Sequence record: MH791409.1
DNA length: 64,000 bases
Reading direction: 5' to 3' (one strand)
Origin: Escherichia phage EcWhh-1
How positions within the stretch are numbered: the stretch's first letter is position 1; each line of letters opens with the position of its first letter. The notes under the pieces were generated by a model that worked only from the letters and a program-made list of their open reading frames with translations, did no database searches and had not been told where the DNA came from. Positions 33,472 through 41,632 of this stretch are shown here, in pieces. The position numbers were made by a program, and so were the translations under genes.

Positions 33472-34490
33472 CGTGTAACCTCATTATAAAGTTGTGCAGC
33501 CATAGTCTTAAGGGCTTTAACATCGGCTTCAGTGTGGCCATCAGGAAGGGCATCGATATAATCATACATCATATCCAAGAGGGATTTAACTTCGTCTTCC
33601 TCTTCAGAATCATCGATATCAACACTATTATCTACCTTAGACACAATACGTAAAGAGTGAACAACCTTTTCAAGCTCTGATTCGAACTTAGTAAGACCGT
33701 CATCGATTTTATCGACTATAACACGAACTGCGATATTTGTAAAATCTTTGTAATCGATAGTCTCGTTAGGATAATGAATCTTACGATGCCAACAGGTTTC
33801 ATTAATGATGAAATCCATTTTATGAGTTTCGGTATCGAAAATCCAGAAACCACGAGGGTCGTTCTCATCGCCTGCAGTAAGGGTCCATGGAGTACCAATG
33901 TACTTGACGTTTGCTGCATCAGAAATAGTGTGGAAGTGGCCTGACCAAACTTGCTTATACTTTTTAAGGAAATCAGGTTCTAAACCATGAGATTTCATTC
34001 CTTTATAGAAATAGAAACCATTTAATTCCCAATGTCCAATACAGAAATCTGCTGTGGTATTTTTGATATGGTCCATGATATCGGTCGTGTTTTCTTCACA
34101 CATCCATGGAATCAAATCAATTTCGGTGCTATCAAAGTTAACAGTAGTAGGTTTTTCAATAACCTTGATATGGTCATATTTACCCAGAACTTCAGAAGCT
34201 GCGTTCGGAGTCAATGTATTTTTGTAGTGGGCATCATGGTTCCCGACAACGGTATACATGGTGATGCCATTGGTTTTAAGCAAATCTGAAATATGCCGAG
34301 CAAATTCCATACACTTATGAGTAATTGCTTTACGAACGTCAAAGATATCACCATATTGAATCCACACGGTAATACCATTTGCTTTAGAATAATTGATAGC
34401 ATCTTTAATGCCGGACAATTGAATGTTTTGGACCCAAGGGTCGTCGTTCTTAACTCCAAGGTGCCAGTCACCTGTGTTTAATATTTTCAT
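33468..34490 (-). CDS. 47: recombination endonuclease subunit (Mre11/SbcD-like)
   Basis: Start at ATG 34490 (MKILNTGDWHLG). Phosphoesterase motifs GDIFD, GNHD, GHFH. Confidence 0.95.
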   Translation of the reverse strand: MKILNTGDWHLGVKNDDPWVQNIQLSGIKDAINYSKANGITVWIQYGDIFDVRKAITHKCMEFARHISDLLKTNGITMYTVVGNHDAHYKNTLTPNAASEVLGKYDHIKVIEKPTTVNFDSTEIDLIPWMCEENTTDIMDHIKNTTADFCIGHWELNGFYFYKGMKSHGLEPDFLKKYKQVWSGHFHTISDAANVKYIGTPWTLTAGDENDPRGFWIFDTETHKMDFIINETCWHRKIHYPNETIDYKDFTNIAVRVIVDKIDDGLTKFESELEKVVHSLRIVSKVDNSVDIDDSEEEDEVKSLLDMMYDYIDALPDGHTEADVKALKTMAAQLYNEVTR

Positions 34491-34630
34491 AAGCCGAGCA
34501 CCGTTATCGCAATGCAAAATAAAATTATTGAGATGAACCCATCAGGAGTAGAAAAGAATCCTATCCAACAGGCTCGTGTGAATGTGTAGAATGCCATGAA
34601 TAACACGACATATCCTAAAAGTAATTCCAT
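34487..34630 (-). CDS. membrane micro-protein, 47 aa
   Basis: Below cutoff. GAGGAG SD. ATGA overlap with the gene 47 start. MELLLGYVVLFMAFYTFTRACWIGFF... Confidence 0.5.
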   Translation of the reverse strand: MELLLGYVVLFMAFYTFTRACWIGFFSTPDGFISIILFCIAITVLGL

Positions 34631-34672
34631 ATGTTCTCCTCAGTTGGTTCATTTTATCATCCTAATATAAAG

Positions 34673-34696
34673 CAAAAAAGGAGCCTAAGCTCCTTT
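34673..34696 (-). terminator. rho-independent terminator
   Basis: AAGGAGC-UUAG-GCUCCUU plus a U6 run on the minus strand. Confidence 0.65.
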
Positions 34697-34858
34697 ACCA
34701 ATTAATACGCCATACAGAGGTTCATGAGAAGACCTGAACTTGATAGGCTTATAGGTAATAGTACCTTCATTTTCCGCTTTAATACGAGCAGCTTCAAATT
34801 TAAGTATCATCTCATTTTTGTCAGATTTAATCTTATCAAAATCCATCGAATTCGTCAT
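34685..34858 (-). CDS. hypothetical small protein, 57 aa
   Basis: Below cutoff. AAGAGG SD. MTNSMDFDKIKSDKNEMILKFEAARIKAENEG... The stop lies in the terminator stem. Confidence 0.4.
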   Translation of the reverse strand: MTNSMDFDKIKSDKNEMILKFEAARIKAENEGTITYKPIKFRSSHEPLYGVLIGKGA

Positions 34859-34946
34859 TCATAAAACCTCTTAAACTTTTTCGTATTCGTCATTCATAGC
34901 TTAAAAATCCGGATGTTCGTCTTTCATTAGCCACCTGTCCATGTTA

Positions 34947-35147
34947 TCATCGTTGCCACCACTTCTTAAGTTGATGTGAATCCACCCAAACCTTGGCTAC
35001 AGGCTCAATCCGAAAAATTTCATCGGAATACTGCCCAACCATTTTATATTCGGTTTCAGTCTGCTTAATACAAATATTACCGTATGAGCGAAGTCTGAAG
35101 GCGGCTCCAATAAGAAGCCTTTTAAAGGGTTTATTTACTAGCGCCAT
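34947..35147 (-). CDS. hypothetical protein, 66 aa
   Basis: Start moved to ATG 35147 (MALVNKPF), 17-nt overlap with the upstream gene. Weak SD. Confidence 0.4.
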   Translation of the reverse strand: MALVNKPFKRLLIGAAFRLRSYGNICIKQTETEYKMVGQYSDEIFRIEPVAKVWVDSHQLKKWWQR

Positions 35148-35442
35148 TGATAATTTCCCAAATCTGTTTACGCGTAGTTTCCCACATAACTCTAACGATT
35201 TCGTCAGTAGTCGGTTGACGGTAAATACCACGTAATTTAATTATAGCATATTTGTAAGCTTCGAAATTGTTTTCGAGAACAGCGCCCTGAGCATGTGTAT
35301 TAAGACGCTTAATTTCACGGGCATTCTTTTTAAGAATTTTGGCAGCTTGAGAAGCGGCTTCTTTAGCATTATTCTCTTCTAAACGCTTCTGGGCTTCTTC
35401 AATTTGCTCTTCGGTCAATTGAGAAATGTCGGTGCTTTGCAT
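35131..35442 (-). CDS. hypothetical protein, 103 aa
   Basis: Helical and charged. Tightly packed downstream of the gene 55 operon. Confidence 0.55.
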   Translation of the reverse strand: MQSTDISQLTEEQIEEAQKRLEENNAKEAASQAAKILKKNAREIKRLNTHAQGAVLENNFEAYKYAIIKLRGIYRQPTTDEIVRVMWETTRKQIWEIINGASK

Positions 35443-35443
35443 A

Positions 35444-35671
35444 TTAATCCTTGTAATTCAGTTTTATATAAAAATCTTCGTCGGTAACGTGATAGTTATA
35501 AGTTAATGTTCCTTTTTCAGCTTTAATTTCTACCGAATCAGGGTGTTTTGGGTCTATTACAATAGGAAGCTTGGCAATATCCTTAAGATACATTTTAAGA
35601 ACATAAGGAATTGCCGAATACTCTCCATCTACTTCTTCTAAAAGGCCTACCAGGTTAATCTTGAGTTCCAT
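35444..35671 (-). CDS. hypothetical protein, 75 aa
   Basis: The track start is TTG. The first ATG is 35671 ([10 protein letters not shown]), which overlaps the gene 55 end. Confidence 0.45.
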   Translation of the reverse strand: MELKINLVGLLEEVDGEYSAIPYVLKMYLKDIAKLPIVIDPKHPDSVEIKAEKGTLTYNYHVTDEDFYIKLNYKD

Positions 35672-36212
35672 ATAAAAAATCCAGCTCACCAACTTTAGAT
35701 TCGGCGCTCTTATCAGACCCTGGCGCTTTAACTAAAGAGGTTTCATACTGAGTCATTTTGTCGTAAATATCCTGGATAAAAGTTTCATCTGCGATACCTA
35801 CCATGTCGTCGTCATTGGCGTCATAAACGTTATGGACGAAGTAGCTGTATTTCTTTGCCATTTCTTTACGTTCTTTCTTGATACGCTGAACAAAGGCATT
35901 AAAACAAGCCATAGTGATATATGCATGCGGGTTGTCGTATTTTGTTTCGTCGAAGTTATGAAGACCTTTAATAGAGGCTTCGATTCCATCAGCAATCATT
36001 TCTTGCTTCCAAGATTGGGTATATCCGGAGAAGTTGAAACGCTTAGAAAGGCCTTCAGCAATGAGCATAATAGCCAAGCCGATAACGTCGTTCTGACGAA
36101 CTATTTTATTAGGGTCGGTATTTTCTCGGAGTTCTGTTTTCCACTGGGTAATGGCTTTCAGAAGCTCCTTATTATTTACATAGTTATTTTTAGTCAGTTT
36201 AATTTCGGTCAT
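35655..36212 (-). CDS. 55: late sigma factor gp55
   Basis: 185 aa. NNKELL...[48 protein letters not shown] is near-identical to T4 gp55. Confidence 0.96.
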   Translation of the reverse strand: MTEIKLTKNNYVNNKELLKAITQWKTELRENTDPNKIVRQNDVIGLAIMLIAEGLSKRFNFSGYTQSWKQEMIADGIEASIKGLHNFDETKYDNPHAYITMACFNAFVQRIKKERKEMAKKYSYFVHNVYDANDDDMVGIADETFIQDIYDKMTQYETSLVKAPGSDKSAESKVGELDFLYGTQD

Positions 36213-36243
36213 TGTTACCTCAGATAACTCAAATCATAGGTCT

Positions 36244-36278
36244 ATTATATCATAGTATTTGGAGACCCGTTTAAAGCA
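36244..36278 (-). promoter_or_regulatory. MotA-box promoter region upstream of gene 55
   Basis: gaTGCTTTA (36278-36272), 14 nt, TACTAT (36257-36252). An overlapping TATAAT lies at 36249-36244. Confidence 0.45.
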
Positions 36279-36542
36279 TCAACGGAGTAAGCAATAAGCC
36301 TGAAATACTGTTTCAAGGATTTGTATGAACTCGGGATAAGAAATTGTATCAGTACATCCATGTTCGGACATATATCCGCAAAATTCTTTAAAAAGTTCCG
36401 GATAATCCCGATGGTTGTATTTGGAAATATGAGACTTCCATACTAAAGAAGTCTCACCACAAACAAACTCAACATCCATACAGTTATCTATTAAGAAAAA
36501 TCCGAGACCTTCATAAGCGAGGGTGGTGGATATGGGTTTCAT
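36279..36542 (-). CDS. hypothetical protein, 87 aa
   Basis: Coding-strand ORF with a 4-nt overlap onto the upstream gene. Confidence 0.5.
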   Translation of the reverse strand: MKPISTTLAYEGLGFFLIDNCMDVEFVCGETSLVWKSHISKYNHRDYPELFKEFCGYMSEHGCTDTISYPEFIQILETVFQAYCLLR

Positions 36543-36805
36543 TGTAGGAATCGAGCTCCTTCTAATGCATCATCAAGATTATCAAACTCATCGACGTAAT
36601 CAATACCGCCAACTTCATCTTTAGCGTATAGCCAGTACCGTTTAAATTCATATTCGATAATAAAGTGGTCACCTTCAATCTGGAGAGCCCCATCACCATT
36701 AAATTGGACTGCATAACCTGTAAAGCGGACATCATTCAGGAGTTCTTCTTTCATAGCAATCATTTCCAAGTTTTTATCGTAATTAGAGAGTTTTATTTTA
36801 ATCAT
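36539..36805 (-). CDS. hypothetical protein, 88 aa
   Basis: Coding-strand ORF with overlapping neighbours. Confidence 0.5.
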   Translation of the reverse strand: MIKIKLSNYDKNLEMIAMKEELLNDVRFTGYAVQFNGDGALQIEGDHFIIEYEFKRYWLYAKDEVGGIDYVDEFDNLDDALEGARFLQ

Positions 36806-37046
36806 TTAAATAATCCTCAAATTCATTTAATGTCATGCCTTCGTCCCAAGCTATTTTAGGATCGGGCATTTTCATATAAGTGGTCTTAGAGCTTATAGGA
36901 AATATCCTGAAATCGCGATGACTTCCACTTAGCATATTAGCCGCTTTTATAATGGTTTCACTATTATTCATCATAGGGGTACGTTGGAAACCGGCTAAAG
37001 CTTTAAGGACTATTATAACCGATACATCTTCAGGCAAATTACTCAT
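36798..37046 (-). CDS. hypothetical protein, 82 aa
   Basis: Coding-strand ORF with overlapping neighbours. Confidence 0.5.
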   Translation of the reverse strand: MSNLPEDVSVIIVLKALAGFQRTPMMNNSETIIKAANMLSGSHRDFRIFPISSKTTYMKMPDPKIAWDEGMTLNEFEDYLND

Positions 37047-37372
37047 TTAGCTGCCTTAACAATTTTCAGGTCAACGAATTTTTTCTTACGTTGATTCTTC
37101 ATACGACGGATGGTTTTGTCTGTGATTTCACCTGGCTGCCAAGCTTTAGATTCGACACCAAAGGCGGCCACATCAAACTCGTCGAGAATATATTGAACCA
37201 GGATTTCACGAATACCGTTCTTACCAATTTTTTGGTCTTTAGAGTGCATGATTGGTAACAGTTCAGCAACCCATTGGTCAAGAACCTGAGGAGTTACAAA
37301 GCCAGTTTTCATCAGTTCATTAACTTTATCGAAAGCGAAAGAGTTCAGTACGTTTTTAATAGCTTGTGACAT
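37043..37372 (-). CDS. hypothetical protein, 109 aa
   Basis: GAGGAAATTATT-ATG leader and MSQAI N-terminus, both also found on gene 44090-44938. Confidence 0.55.
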   Translation of the reverse strand: MSQAIKNVLNSFAFDKVNELMKTGFVTPQVLDQWVAELLPIMHSKDQKIGKNGIREILVQYILDEFDVAAFGVESKAWQPGEITDKTIRRMKNQRKKKFVDLKIVKAAK

Positions 37373-37412
37373 AATAATTTCCTCAGTTTAAAAATTTATA
37401 ATCCGTAGGACC

Positions 37413-37442
37413 ATTATACTCTGGTCCCAAGAGTTTGTAAAC
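37413..37442 (-). promoter_or_regulatory. early-type promoter
   Basis: GTTTAC (37442-37437), 18 nt, TATAAT (37418-37413). A TATAAATT late-like box lies at 37400-37393. Confidence 0.55.
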
Positions 37443-37642
37443 TATTTTTGTGCTAATGCACCTTTCCAACCTTCATACATCATTGCGGCTGATATTAATA
37501 TTGCTCCTGCGCATTTTGAATATTTGTTATTCCAAAACCAGTTTAGAAAAACTTCGTCATCAATACCTTGAGCTATCATATTTTCAAAGAACTGACGACG
37601 GGCTTCAGCAATTCGTTGTGATAATTTAGATTCAGGATTCAT
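37442..37642 (-). CDS. hypothetical protein, 66 aa
   Basis: Coding-strand ORF with a C-terminal hydrophobic segment (CAGAILISAAMMYEGW). Confidence 0.5.
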   Translation of the reverse strand: MNPESKLSQRIAEARRQFFENMIAQGIDDEVFLNWFWNNKYSKCAGAILISAAMMYEGWKGALAQK

Positions 37643-37774
37643 TTAAATTTTCCAGTTGCCGTTTTCATCAATAAATTTAATCCAGTCATTTACTGACCAC
37701 TTAGTCGTATCGCCTTTTGGAGTAACATTTAAAGTGTATAATCCTTGTTTAAAAAGCATACGTTTGATATTCAT
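37643..37774 (-). CDS. hypothetical small protein, 43 aa
   Basis: Start moved to ATG 37774 (GAGGAAAAT SD just after the upstream TGA). MNIKRMLFKQGLYTLNV... Confidence 0.45.
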   Translation of the reverse strand: MNIKRMLFKQGLYTLNVTPKGDTTKWSVNDWIKFIDENGNWKI

Positions 37775-37781
37775 ATTTTCC

Positions 37782-38075
37782 TCAGCTGTAACGATAGCAT
37801 TCGTTTGATTTACGTTTTGCAACTCGATGAGAAGTATTGTAATCAGGTTCATCGTCGCTGTAAACATCTTTTTTCAGTTTTCTCACTTCTTTACGAAGTT
37901 GGCGGTTCATTTCATTCTTAACTTCAGAATCAACGCCGCTAAAGCGTTTCCATTTATCTGACCGGAAGATATTTTCATTCAAAGTTTCTTCCGATACGCC
38001 ATCAGGTGCTTTACGTCTAGCAATGCAATTAAAATCTCTAGATGGCAATTCTTTACGACGGATAGTTTTACCCAT
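37782..38075 (-). CDS. hypothetical basic protein, 97 aa
   Basis: Coding-strand ORF, Lys/Arg-rich. Confidence 0.5.
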   Translation of the reverse strand: MGKTIRRKELPSRDFNCIARRKAPDGVSEETLNENIFRSDKWKRFSGVDSEVKNEMNRQLRKEVRKLKKDVYSDDEPDYNTSHRVAKRKSNECYRYS

Positions 38076-38077
38076 AG

Positions 38078-38332
38078 TTACCTCAACAGTTTGTATCCAA
38101 TAAGGTTTTTAATGTACTGGATGTCTTTGATATCCAAATCCAACTTAAGGTCTTTCAGACGGTCGGCCAGGGTCAAAAAGGTTACATGCTTCCAATTCTT
38201 AACAGGACAGCAATAAGTCTTAGGACCATTTGCAATTTCAATATTCTTATCAGTGACGGTGAGAAAAATTAGGCGCTCATCATCCAGATTAAGGGTGATG
38301 ACATTTTTCATTGAATGCAATTTCAGGCTCAT
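38078..38332 (-). CDS. hypothetical protein, 84 aa
   Basis: Coding-strand ORF with an ATGA overlap onto the upstream micro-ORF. Confidence 0.5.
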   Translation of the reverse strand: MSLKLHSMKNVITLNLDDERLIFLTVTDKNIEIANGPKTYCCPVKNWKHVTFLTLADRLKDLKLDLDIKDIQYIKNLIGYKLLR

Positions 38333-38505
38333 AATTTAATTTCCTTAGCTATCGAACAAAATACACCACGGTCACAAATCATTTTAATATTAAGGTCAAT
38401 TATGGTATACCACACGTCTAGGCTAGATATTTCAGTTACTAGAACAGCTTTGCCGTTGATTGAATAATACTGGTTGACTTTAATTTCTTTATCTTGGATA
38501 GTCAT
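38329..38505 (-). CDS. hypothetical small protein, 58 aa
   Basis: Below cutoff. GAGGAG SD and an early promoter upstream. MTIQDKEIKVNQYYSINGKAVLV... Confidence 0.5.
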   Translation of the reverse strand: MTIQDKEIKVNQYYSINGKAVLVTEISSLDVWYTIIDLNIKMICDRGVFCSIAKEIKL

Positions 38506-38534
38506 AATGTTCTCCTCATGTGTTGATAGGATAG

Positions 38535-38563
38535 ACTATAACACGTGAGGAGAGGAAGTAAAC
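38535..38563 (-). promoter_or_regulatory. early-type promoter
   Basis: GTTTAC (38563-38558), 17 nt, TATAGT (38540-38535). Confidence 0.55.
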
Positions 38564-38564
38564 A

Positions 38565-38882
38565 CTAATCTTCAATTAAATCTCGGTCATAACCAAGTTC
38601 AATCAAAAGTGACTTAAAGGCAGGAATATTTTCTATTTTCTTATTATCGACAAATATGACAGGATAGCGTATCGCTAAGCTCTTGAAGCCGGCACGTTTG
38701 GCCAATGATACTATAAGAGGCTTGTCATATACCGCGCCTGACGGCGTCTGGTTAATCACAGGATAGAAAGTATGTGGGATAGAAAGGGAATTTAGGAGCG
38801 ATAGAACTGCAATGCACCCTGGACAGCGCATGACTGTCTCAGGGATACCGTAAATCTCAATTTTAGTTAACTTTTGGTCCAC
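38565..38882 (-). CDS. thioredoxin/glutaredoxin-fold protein (CPGC), NrdH-like slot
   Basis: IEIYGIPETVMRCPGC...YPVIFVDNKKI. Preferred start GTG 38882 (AAGGAG SD 9 nt upstream). Alternative start ATG 38930. Confidence 0.55.
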   Translation of the reverse strand: MDQKLTKIEIYGIPETVMRCPGCIAVLSLLNSLSIPHTFYPVINQTPSGAVYDKPLIVSLAKRAGFKSLAIRYPVIFVDNKKIENIPAFKSLLIELGYDRDLIED

Positions 38883-39159
38883 AGGAAATAACTCCTTGGT
38901 AGTCCCAAGTTTTGATAACTTCTTCGTCATTAGTGTTGTACGGAACGTAAACCTGTACAAGAAAACCTGTGTCATCGAAAGAGAAATAAACGGTTGGTTT
39001 GATTCCGTGAATCTCTGATAGAGCATAGATATCTTTAAGGTCTTCTTCCTTATCTTTAAAGAATTCGGGGTTCAGGTCACAGTCATGGAAGTACCAATCA
39101 TCACCGAACTTGTCCCATGCGGTCCAATTGGTAGCTACATATTCTTCAAAACGTTTCAT
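38863..39159 (-). CDS. hypothetical protein, 98 aa
   Basis: Coding-strand ORF with an ATGA overlap onto the upstream gene. Confidence 0.5.
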   Translation of the reverse strand: MKRFEEYVATNWTAWDKFGDDWYFHDCDLNPEFFKDKEEDLKDIYALSEIHGIKPTVYFSFDDTGFLVQVYVPYNTNDEEVIKTWDYQGVISCGPKVN

Positions 39160-39371
39160 TCTTTCACCTTCATCATTTTAGAAATAACACCATGAACAGA
39201 CTGGATTCGTTTTTCGAACTCAGACCCTTCAAGACCTTTTTCAGTACTCAGGGCACCGATAATAACAAACAGTAATCCAAACGGGATGACCAGGATTAAA
39301 AGGCACACGATAAACAAGGCAAATGTAATATTGGCCAGGATATCGGAAACAGCATTACGAAATTTGTTCAT
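39156..39371 (-). CDS. membrane protein, 71 aa
   Basis: ATG 39371 is TAATG-coupled. TM segment ITFALFIVCLLILVIPFGLLFVIIGAL. Confidence 0.5.
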   Translation of the reverse strand: MNKFRNAVSDILANITFALFIVCLLILVIPFGLLFVIIGALSTEKGLEGSEFEKRIQSVHGVISKMMKVKE

Positions 39372-39496
39372 TAAAGAACCCACATGTTAGTTACAACAAA
39401 TAACCATTGAGCAGGATACTCAACACCCATAATACGCACCGCATCGTTCAGAGATTCGGCTAAAGCATAAAATGTGTAGCCATAAAAATTAATCAT
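39371..39496 (-). CDS. hypothetical micro-protein, 41 aa
   Basis: Below cutoff. ATGA overlap with the gene 49 stop and TAATG coupling with the next start. Confidence 0.4.
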   Translation of the reverse strand: MINFYGYTFYALAESLNDAVRIMGVEYPAQWLFVVTNMWVL

Positions 39497-39966
39497 TTAA
39501 GCGATTTCCTCAGTTGTTTTTTAAACGAATCGACCATTTGTTTCTTAGTGGCAGATTCATTATAAGTCATTCCATGTGAAAGCATTTCAGCAATCATTTC
39601 TTCCTTACCCAACCTGCTGAACTCTTTGGTTTTATCAGGAACGAAATTAGGATGAATATTATTTTCAGTATAATCAGCTTTCAGATAGACCAGCAAATTC
39701 TCTAACCATTCGAGGTAGTCAACGTTTTGACCTTTAAGACCAGAACGGTTGAACTTATGCTTCATTTGTCCTTCTGCAGCATTGCACAGGTTACATAGTA
39801 AACCACGAACCTTACCGGCTTTTGGCCCGTTTAACTCGTGGTCGTGGTCAAGGTGGTTACTTTGAACATCAGGGTTTAATTCACGTTTACAAATCAAACA
39901 CTTACCACATTGTGCATCATAAAGTTTTTGTTTTTCTTCTTTGTATAATTTGCCGGTCAACAACAT
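39493..39966 (-). CDS. 49: endonuclease VII (Holliday junction resolvase)
   Basis: 157 aa. MLLTGKLYKEEKQK...HLDHDHELNGPKAGKVRGLLCNLCNAAEG is near-identical to T4 gp49. Confidence 0.96.
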   Translation of the reverse strand: MLLTGKLYKEEKQKLYDAQCGKCLICKRELNPDVQSNHLDHDHELNGPKAGKVRGLLCNLCNAAEGQMKHKFNRSGLKGQNVDYLEWLENLLVYLKADYTENNIHPNFVPDKTKEFSRLGKEEMIAEMLSHGMTYNESATKKQMVDSFKKQLRKSLK

Positions 39967-39971
39967 AATAA

Positions 39972-40003
39972 ACCCTTACCATTATTAGATAAGGGTATTT
40001 ATT
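39972..40003 (-). promoter_or_regulatory. gene 49 leader hairpin sequestering the SD, plus late-like box
   Basis: ACCCTTA (39978-39972 arm) pairs with TAAGGGT (39996-39990), which contains the SD. AATAAATA at 40003-39996 abuts the 5' arm. Confidence 0.45.
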
Positions 40004-40187
40004 ATTTTTCAAATGTACTATAGAACGAACGATGCAACCGTTTAAATTGACGAATCATCTTTTTGGTAGGGCGAGTATACAATCCTACACAGGTGGCCAT
40101 AAACTGGTCGGTAGGACTTCCTTTGATAAGAAGTTTCCAGACCTTACTGCCATCCAACTTTTCGGTATAGACTAATTTAGTTTTCAT
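40002..40187 (-). CDS. RPTKRQ-motif small basic protein, 61 aa
   Basis: TRPTKKMIRQFKRLHR motif. Third family member. Confidence 0.55.
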   Translation of the reverse strand: MKTKLVYTEKLDGSKVWKLLIKGSPTDQFMATCVGLYTRPTKKMIRQFKRLHRSFYSTFEK

Positions 40188-40360
40188 CAGAACGCCTTAT
40201 CAGCAAAGCGAAGTTGAGCTTCAAGCCAATGGATATAGTCGGCTGCAGCTTTAATCAAATCGGATTCTAGGTCAGGTAAAGAACCCGAATCCGACAACTC
40301 GTAAAGCGAATGTTCAATCAGACGGCCTTTGTGACGGCCAATTTCAATTTTGGTACTCAT
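40187..40360 (-). CDS. hypothetical small protein, 57 aa
   Basis: Below cutoff. GGAG SD. TGATG junction with the next gene. MSTKIEIGRHKGRLIEHSLYELSDSG... Confidence 0.45.
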   Translation of the reverse strand: MSTKIEIGRHKGRLIEHSLYELSDSGSLPDLESDLIKAAADYIHWLEAQLRFADKAF

Positions 40361-40523
40361 ATCCAAACTCCATATCGATTAAATCATTGTTTGAAGGTTC
40401 ATTATACTCTATTTCGGAATCGTTGTAAACCGGTTCCTCTGGCTCGGTAGTTTCCCACCGAGCGACATACCATGGCTTAACGGTCACACCACCAACTCGA
40501 TACTTCAAAATCGGGTTCACCAT
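40344..40523 (-). CDS. hypothetical acidic protein, start uncertain
   Basis: Only the C-terminal part (VKPWYVARWETTEPEEPVYNDSEIEYNEP...) is free of the overlap with 40477-40785. Candidate starts are ATG 40523 or an in-frame GTG about 11 nt before the upstream stop. Confidence 0.3.
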   Translation of the reverse strand: MVNPILKYRVGGVTVKPWYVARWETTEPEEPVYNDSEIEYNEPSNNDLIDMEFGYEYQN

Positions 40524-40785
40524 CTTCCCAGTACCAAGGGCCGACCGGGTGCCAATCGCCGTGTTCATCTTCTTCAAATTCTTCGGATTCAAGCCCAACG
40601 TATTGCCATTGGACCTCATAAGCGGTGCCACCAATTACAACAGTGTTCTCGCCATACGGGTGAGCTACAGCAAAGTCTATACCTTCTGCTTTAGCCAGCC
40701 AAACCATATATTCGTATAGTTTATATTCCAGGTCATCTTCGGTGCCATCACCTAGAAAAATGGTTTGTTCGTTTAATTCAATCAT
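40477..40785 (-). CDS. hypothetical acidic Trp-rich protein, 102 aa
   Basis: Coding-strand ORF with a 4-nt overlap onto the upstream gene. Confidence 0.55.
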   Translation of the reverse strand: MIELNEQTIFLGDGTEDDLEYKLYEYMVWLAKAEGIDFAVAHPYGENTVVIGGTAYEVQWQYVGLESEEFEEDEHGDWHPVGPWYWEDGEPDFEVSSWWCDR

Positions 40786-40970
40786 AATTCCACCATAAAT
40801 TCAAATAGCTGGTCACGTACACAAGTATCAGTCCAACCCCATTTGGTGGCTTCTTCTTTTAACCAATCCGGGAGATTTGCCAATACGGTTTCTTTACTAG
40901 GCGCAGGAGTATCAAACTCACTTGCAAACTCTCTTGCGCAGGTTCCATAAGCTATATCAAATTCGGTCAT
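40782..40970 (-). CDS. hypothetical protein, 62 aa
   Basis: Start moved to ATG 40970 (MTEFDIAYG), ATGA-coupled to the upstream micro-ORF. Confidence 0.5.
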   Translation of the reverse strand: MTEFDIAYGTCAREFASEFDTPAPSKETVLANLPDWLKEEATKWGWTDTCVRDQLFEFMVEL

Positions 40971-41134
40971 TTGAAGTTCCAGAATGAAGCACCAACCAGA
41001 AATAAAGGCCAACAAATCATAGACGTCAGCCACCAACAAAAGTCACCTGCACCGAAATCATCTAATTTAGCTAGGGTCTTAGCATAACCAATACCGATGA
41101 TAAGATACAAAATACCCAACAATAATTCAATCAT
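40967..41134 (-). CDS. membrane micro-protein, 55 aa
   Basis: Below cutoff. ATGA coupling at both ends (nrdC stop and next start). MIELLLGILYLIIGIGYAKT...WPLFLVGASFW. Confidence 0.5.
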   Translation of the reverse strand: MIELLLGILYLIIGIGYAKTLAKLDDFGAGDFCWWLTSMICWPLFLVGASFWNFK

Positions 41135-41394
41135 TTGAAATACGCTCGCAGTTGGTCAAAGCCACCAATAGAAGTTCCATCGGGAGCAAATACCTGTGGC
41201 ATAGTCAAACCTACCTGAGATTCACGTCCAAGAGCAGCCAGGAGTTCGGCAATCTTCTCATCATCAAATACACCTTTTTCCGGCATCACGTTAATGAATT
41301 CGTAAGGTTGTTTCTTAACATCAAGCAGACGTTTGGCATTATCACAGAAAACACAACGGTGAATATTTGAATCGTAACCATAAACTTTAAACAT
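41131..41394 (-). CDS. nrdC: T4-type thioredoxin/glutaredoxin
   Basis: 87 aa. MFKVYGYDSNIHRCVFCDNAKRLL...MPQVFAPDG..IGGFDQLR is near-identical to T4 NrdC. Confidence 0.95.
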   Translation of the reverse strand: MFKVYGYDSNIHRCVFCDNAKRLLDVKKQPYEFINVMPEKGVFDDEKIAELLAALGRESQVGLTMPQVFAPDGTSIGGFDQLRAYFK

Positions 41395-41395
41395 T

Positions 41396-41632
41396 TTAAA
41401 TTCCTAATATTTGTTTGAATGCTTCAGAACGGTCGAGTTCTGTTCCATATTTTTCCGTGTGCTCATTTTTTAAATCATACACATCAGATAGTATATTATT
41501 ATACGAACGAGTTAAAGCAGATTTTAAAACTGAATAACTGTCCGGAAATTTACCGTGCTCTTTATAATAAGCTAGAGTAAGTTCGCGGACTGCCTTATCG
41601 GCAGCCTCTACATATTCTTTACGCTTTGCCAT
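41396..41632 (-). CDS. hypothetical protein, 78 aa
   Basis: Start moved to ATG 41632 ([15 protein letters not shown]). Overlaps the upstream stop by 14 nt. Confidence 0.45.
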   Translation of the reverse strand: MAKRKEYVEAADKAVRELTLAYYKEHGKFPDSYSVLKSALTRSYNNILSDVYDLKNEHTEKYGTELDRSEAFKQILGI

